From assembly GCA_035554875.1 (NCBI GenBank), contig DATMHP010000032.1:1-61147 (forward strand): a DNA stretch of 61,147 nt, written 5' to 3'. Every line of letters begins with the position of its first letter. Position 1 is the first letter of the stretch. Positions 57,166-61,147 of this stretch are shown here, piece after piece. The notes below the pieces were generated by a model. It ran no database searches. It was given only the letters and a program-made list of their open reading frames with translations, and was not told the DNA's origin. Source of the DNA: Sphingomicrobium sp. Lineage in GTDB: Bacteria > Pseudomonadota > Alphaproteobacteria > Sphingomonadales > Sphingomonadaceae. A program made the translations under genes and the position numbers.

Positions 57166-57182
57166 AGCAATGGCCGTGCCAA
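57166..57182 (-). promoter_or_regulatory. sigma54 (RpoN) -24/-12 promoter
   Basis: Minus strand reads TTGGCACGGCCATTGCT, i.e. TGGCAC-N5-TTGC; AT-rich tract and palindromes lie upstream. Confidence 0.75.
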
Positions 57183-57328
57183 ATGACGTTTTTTGCAGTT
57201 TTGTGGGAAAAATAAATCGTGATTGACGATCGCAATTCGGGCGAATGTAAAGCAATCCGACAGATTGGGCCCGAATTCTGCCGTTGGCACTTTGCGAGTC
57301 CTGCAGTGTTGATGCGCGGATGAGAGAG

Positions 57329-58561
57329 ATGGCCCAATCCTCCGGTGCGCTACTTTTCTGCGACCTCACCCAAAGCTGGTCCGAGTTCGGCGGAGGTGTC
57401 GGCACCTATCTGCGCCGGAAGCGCGACCACATCCTGTCGCACACGCCGCACCGGCACCTGCTGATCGTTCCGGGCGCCACTGATACGGTGCAGGAAAAAG
57501 GGCGGGCAATTACCGTCACGATCGCCTCGCCGCCGGTGCCGAGCAGCCCGAATTACCGGCTGCTGCTGCGGAATGGGGCGGTTCGAAAGGCGCTCGAGCG
57601 GTTCCGGCCGGACCTCGTGGATTGTCAAGACGGCTACAATCTTCCCTGGGCCGCGCTGTCCTATCGAAAGCGGCATCCGTCGGTGGCCGTGACCGCGGTC
57701 TACATGACCGATTTTCCGACTGCCTACGTGCACCGGCCGTTGAAGCCGATCATCGGCGATGCGGTTGCAAAACAGTTGCGGGCGCTCGCCTATCGCTATT
57801 GCGGCTACCTCTACCGCCGCTTCGACACCGTCATGGCGCTTGGCAAGCATGGCGGGGCGGCGAAGCTTCGCCAGCTCGGGGTCAAGACTGTCGAGATCGT
57901 GCCGCTCGGGGTCGAGATCGACGAATTCAATCCGTCGAACCGCGATCCGGAGCTCAGGCGGTCGCTGGGAGTCGCCGACAATGAGCCTTTGCTGATCTAC
58001 GTCGGCCGGCTCGATCGCGAACGCCGGGCGGAGATTGTGGTCGATGCTTTTCGACGCCTTCCGCGAGAGCTGGGCGCCCGCCTGGTGCTTGTCGGCGAAG
58101 GTCCGGTGCGCGACTCGATCGTGGAATCCGGCGACGACCGAGTCATCGCCCCCGGTTACCTCAGCGACCGCGCCGAGCTCGCCCGCTGGCTTGCGAGCGC
58201 CGACATGTACGTCTCGGCAATGGCTGACGAGACGTTCGGCGTGTCTGTGATCGAGGCGCAGGCATCCGGCTTGCCGGTCGTCGGAGTCGCCGCCGGCGGG
58301 ATGCTGGACAGGGTTGATCGCGAAACGGGCCGCCTTGGGCCGGTCGACGACTGCAAAGCGATGGCCGCTAATATCCTGGATGTCTGGAACTCCGACCGAT
58401 CCGCGATGGCTGTTGCGGCCCGCGAGCATGTCGAGGGGCGGTTCAGCTGGGACCGCACGTTCCAGACGCTCTTCGGCGATGTCTATCCGCGCGCCATCGC
58501 AGCGCGCGCCGACCTGCAGGCCGGGGTTGCGGGCACCTTTGCGGGAAGCCCGGCGACCTGA
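57329..58561 (+). CDS. GT4 family glycosyltransferase
   Basis: GGGVGTYL, VPLGVE...F.P, YVGRLDRE, ETFGVSVIEAQASGLPVV. Confidence 0.9.
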   Translation: MAQSSGALLFCDLTQSWSEFGGGVGTYLRRKRDHILSHTPHRHLLIVPGATDTVQEKGRAITVTIASPPVPSSPNYRLLLRNGAVRKALERFRPDLVDCQDGYNLPWAALSYRKRHPSVAVTAVYMTDFPTAYVHRPLKPIIGDAVAKQLRALAYRYCGYLYRRFDTVMALGKHGGAAKLRQLGVKTVEIVPLGVEIDEFNPSNRDPELRRSLGVADNEPLLIYVGRLDRERRAEIVVDAFRRLPRELGARLVLVGEGPVRDSIVESGDDRVIAPGYLSDRAELARWLASADMYVSAMADETFGVSVIEAQASGLPVVGVAAGGMLDRVDRETGRLGPVDDCKAMAANILDVWNSDRSAMAVAAREHVEGRFSWDRTFQTLFGDVYPRAIAARADLQAGVAGTFAGSPAT

Positions 58562-58625
58562 CCTGTTCATCCGCTGTGCAGCGCAACGGGCCGACACGGG
58601 CCGCGCGCTTTGCTAGGGAGTGTCC

Positions 58626-59525
58626 ATGACTCGCTTCGCCTTGTTCCCGATCGCGATGCTGCTCGCCGTTCCGGCAGCGGCTCAGGACCAGCCGCAATCC
58701 ACGCCCGCGACGGAGAGCGGTTCGGCCGCTCCGAACGCAAAGCTCGAAAACCTGCTCGAGAATTGCGACGCGCATAAGTTCGAAACGACCGTTGACTCGG
58801 TCGTGGACGGCCAGCCGCATCGTTCGAAGGTGAAGATGTGCGGCAAAGAAGGCCAGAGCGACGCCGACTGGATCGGAACGCTGAACGACGCGATCGCCAA
58901 GCTCGAAGCGAACAAGCAAATGCCGGCGACGACCCGCGAGCAGATCGTCGGCGCCATCAAGGCCGAGATCGCGCGGCTGAACGGCGAGGGCGCGACCGAT
59001 CCGAACGATACGCTACCGCCAGGCCGGTCGGCCAATTCGGCGGAGCCTTTGTCGAACGATTATTCGGTTCTTCCACCACTGCCGACCACCACTCCGCCGC
59101 CCCCGCGCGTTCTTCCGCCTGCCGCGGAAGCCGCCCTGGCGGGTAGCAGTTCGACGACAGCTTCGGCACCCGCGCCGGTCGTCCCGCCCGCTCCGCCGAA
59201 ACCGGCGATAGCGAATCCGCGGCTCAGCTTCTCCTGCGTCAACGGCGATTATCCCGGAGGCGGGCCGTGCGTGACTCTCAGCCGCGACACGATCGTGACC
59301 GTGAAATCGCCGGCGGCGGTTGCAGCTCCCCTGACGATCCGCTTCACGCGACAAGGCGATGCCCGCGCCGACGTCGATCTCGGCGTGATGCGCAAGGGCC
59401 AGGCGGTTCGCTTCGACTTGCCGAGAGCCGTCTGCTCCGGCGTGGTGACAAGCGAGGTGGTCATGCAGGTCGTCGGAGGAGGGCAGGTGCTCGACCGGCA
59501 GGGGCCGTTGCTCCTCCGCTGCTGA
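58626..59525 (+). CDS. Secreted hypothetical protein with Pro-rich linker
   Basis: AGGGAG RBS, signal peptide, six Cys in two domains separated by a Pro/Ala/Thr-rich linker. Confidence 0.7.
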   Translation: MTRFALFPIAMLLAVPAAAQDQPQSTPATESGSAAPNAKLENLLENCDAHKFETTVDSVVDGQPHRSKVKMCGKEGQSDADWIGTLNDAIAKLEANKQMPATTREQIVGAIKAEIARLNGEGATDPNDTLPPGRSANSAEPLSNDYSVLPPLPTTTPPPPRVLPPAAEAALAGSSSTTASAPAPVVPPAPPKPAIANPRLSFSCVNGDYPGGGPCVTLSRDTIVTVKSPAAVAAPLTIRFTRQGDARADVDLGVMRKGQAVRFDLPRAVCSGVVTSEVVMQVVGGGQVLDRQGPLLLRC

Positions 59526-59530
59526 GCAAG

Positions 59531-60394
59531 GTGGAGCCGCCCTACGAAAGCGCGGAGGAGCTGGAGCCGGGGATCGCACGCGTCCTCGCGCACAACCCGT
59601 CGGCTTTCACATATTACGGCACCCAGACCTACCTCGTCGGTGCTGACGAAGTCGCCGTCATCGATCCCGGCCCAGACGATCCCGGCCACATTGACGCAAT
59701 CGTAGAGGCGATCGGGGGCCGTCCTTTGGTCGCGATCCTCTGCACCCACACCCACCGCGACCACAGCCCCGCCGCCGCACCACTGTCGAAACGGACCGGT
59801 GTGCCGATCATCGGTTGCGCTCCACTGGCGCTCGAAACGGTCGGGCCGCGCGCCGATGCTTCCTTCGACGGCGACTATTCGCCAGACAGGGTGGTCGAAG
59901 ATGGCGAAAGCCTGCGCATCGATGGCCGCGAGCTGATTGCAGTGGCGACACCCGGCCATACGTCGAACCATCTCTGCTTCGCCTGGGGCGATGCCTTGTT
60001 CACCGGCGATCATGTGATGGGCTGGTCGACGACGGTGGTCGTTCCGCCCGACGGCGACATGGCAGCCTATATGGCGAGCCTCGACAAGCTCCGGCAGCGC
60101 GGCGACCGGATCTATTTCCCGGCACACGGACCACCCGTCACCAACCCGCAGCAATATGTCCGCCACCTCGTCGGCCATCGGATGCAGCGCGAACGGCAGA
60201 TCCTGAAGCTCGTCAGCGAGCGACCGCGCGAAATTCCGAACATTGTCGCCAATGCCTATCCCGGCCTGGACCCCCGCCTGGCGGCGGCGGCAGGCGGATC
60301 GGTTTATGCTCACCTGCTGGACCTTGAGCGCCGCGGCTTGGTTGTTCAGAACGAAGAGCAATGGACAGGGACCGGATCCGACTCCCGCTCCTGA
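59531..60394 (+). CDS. MBL-fold metallo-hydrolase (LACTB2-like)
   Basis: AHNPSAFTYYGTQTY, IDPGP, THTHRDH, TPGHTSNH, FTGDHVMG, PAHG; GTG start at 59531. Confidence 0.9.
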   Translation: MEPPYESAEELEPGIARVLAHNPSAFTYYGTQTYLVGADEVAVIDPGPDDPGHIDAIVEAIGGRPLVAILCTHTHRDHSPAAAPLSKRTGVPIIGCAPLALETVGPRADASFDGDYSPDRVVEDGESLRIDGRELIAVATPGHTSNHLCFAWGDALFTGDHVMGWSTTVVVPPDGDMAAYMASLDKLRQRGDRIYFPAHGPPVTNPQQYVRHLVGHRMQRERQILKLVSERPREIPNIVANAYPGLDPRLAAAAGGSVYAHLLDLERRGLVVQNEEQWTGTGSDSRS

Positions 60395-61077
60395 TCGGAG
60401 CCGTGGTGATCGCATTGCTGCTGGGGCTTGCGCTCGGCGGAGCAGGGGTGCTCGGCAGCCTGTTCGGCGGTCCGGACCCCAAGGCGATCGCCACATCCAG
60501 CCTGGAATCGATGCGCGCGCAGAACCGGCTGGTCGTGTTCGTCGCCCGCTACGTTTCCGTCACAAGTGCGACCCAGAGCCGTCTCGGATTCTCGACCGAG
60601 CGGACGCTGATCCTTCCCGGCGACGTCCGCTATGAGCTGGACCTGTCGAAGCTGACGCAGGACGACGTGAAGTGGGACAAGGGCTCCAACACCCTCTCCG
60701 TACGCCTGCCCGACGTCGAGATCGCCGGGCCCGACGTCGATCTGACGAGCGCTCGTGAATATGGCTCGGGCGGGCTGCTTGCTACCTTCACCAACGCCGA
60801 GCAGTCCCTCGACCAGGCGAATCGTGCCAAGGCCGTCGCCGACCTTCGTAATCAGGCGAAGGGTGAGTTGCCGATGCGCCTCGCTCGCCAGTCGGCCCGG
60901 CAAGCGGTGGAGCGGAGCTTCGCGATGCCGCTGAAGGCCGCCGGCTTTTCAGACGCCGAGGTCGTCGCGCGTTTTCCGGGCGAGCAGGCGGACACTAGCG
61001 CCTGGGACGTCTCGACCTCATATGAGAATGCGATAGCCGAAGCGAAAAGGCGCGAGGCTGCACAAGGGCAGAGATGA
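60361..61077 (+). CDS. DUF4230 domain protein
   Basis: N-terminal TM helix; ILPGDVRYELDLSKL...LSVRLP pattern. Confidence 0.75.
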   Translation: MDRDRIRLPLLIGAVVIALLLGLALGGAGVLGSLFGGPDPKAIATSSLESMRAQNRLVVFVARYVSVTSATQSRLGFSTERTLILPGDVRYELDLSKLTQDDVKWDKGSNTLSVRLPDVEIAGPDVDLTSAREYGSGGLLATFTNAEQSLDQANRAKAVADLRNQAKGELPMRLARQSARQAVERSFAMPLKAAGFSDAEVVARFPGEQADTSAWDVSTSYENAIAEAKRREAAQGQR

Positions 61078-61147
61078 CGATCCAGGGTAGCAGTTTGAAA
61101 GGCCTCGACCTTCTTGCCGAGATCGAGCGCTTGAAGCGCGAGCGCAA
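61074..61147 (+). CDS. nadA: Probable quinolinate synthase, 5' fragment
   Basis: ATGA overlap; MTIQGSSLKGLDLLAEIERLKRER resembles the NadA N-terminus. Only 24 codons are visible. Confidence 0.55.
   Translation, partial: MTIQGSSLKGLDLLAEIERLKRER

Noticed and set aside
57285-57295. Plus-strand TGGCAC-T-TTGC as a second sigma54 promoter for the glycosyltransferase
   Set aside because: Spacing is 1 nt instead of the required 5.
59531-60394. Metallo-beta-lactamase resistance gene
   Set aside because: No signal peptide; LACTB2-like motifs; housekeeping context.

Overview
GC-rich alphaproteobacterial chromosome segment. Gene content and order suggest Sphingomonadaceae (inference). Most of the window is housekeeping: priA (partial), purC, tRNA-Ala(GGC), cmk, parC, cca, folB, tonB-exbB-exbD-exbD, glmU-glmS, alr, nth, dapB, cobB, lepB-rnc-era, pgi-gor, fsa/tal, bolA-grxD and the probable start of nadA. 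I saw no integrase, transposase, prophage or CRISPR array. The main candidate for an undescribed system is a translationally coupled 8-gene operon (6028-13497) just 3' of tRNA-Ala. It encodes a membrane-anchored PQQ alcohol dehydrogenase with the lanthanide-type D-x-D motif, two c-type cytochromes, a CtaG-type assembly factor and a caa3-like heme-copper oxidase. The oxidase keeps all metal ligands and the His-Tyr pair, but by manual alignment it lacks the canonical D-channel (D132, N121, N139, N207) and K-channel (K362) residues. Other highlights: (1) a consensus sigma54 promoter pointing into a strong terminator with no ORF in between, a candidate ~70-nt sRNA after grxD; (2) a GcvA-like LysR gene divergent from a hairpin with a C-rich (anti-Shine-Dalgarno-like) loop and two small ORFs; (3) an envelope cluster with an output-less PDZ/multi-TM/GAF-like protein, a 17-kDa-antigen-like protein and an exported ClpP-fold protein. 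All family assignments come from motif recognition by eye; no searches were run.
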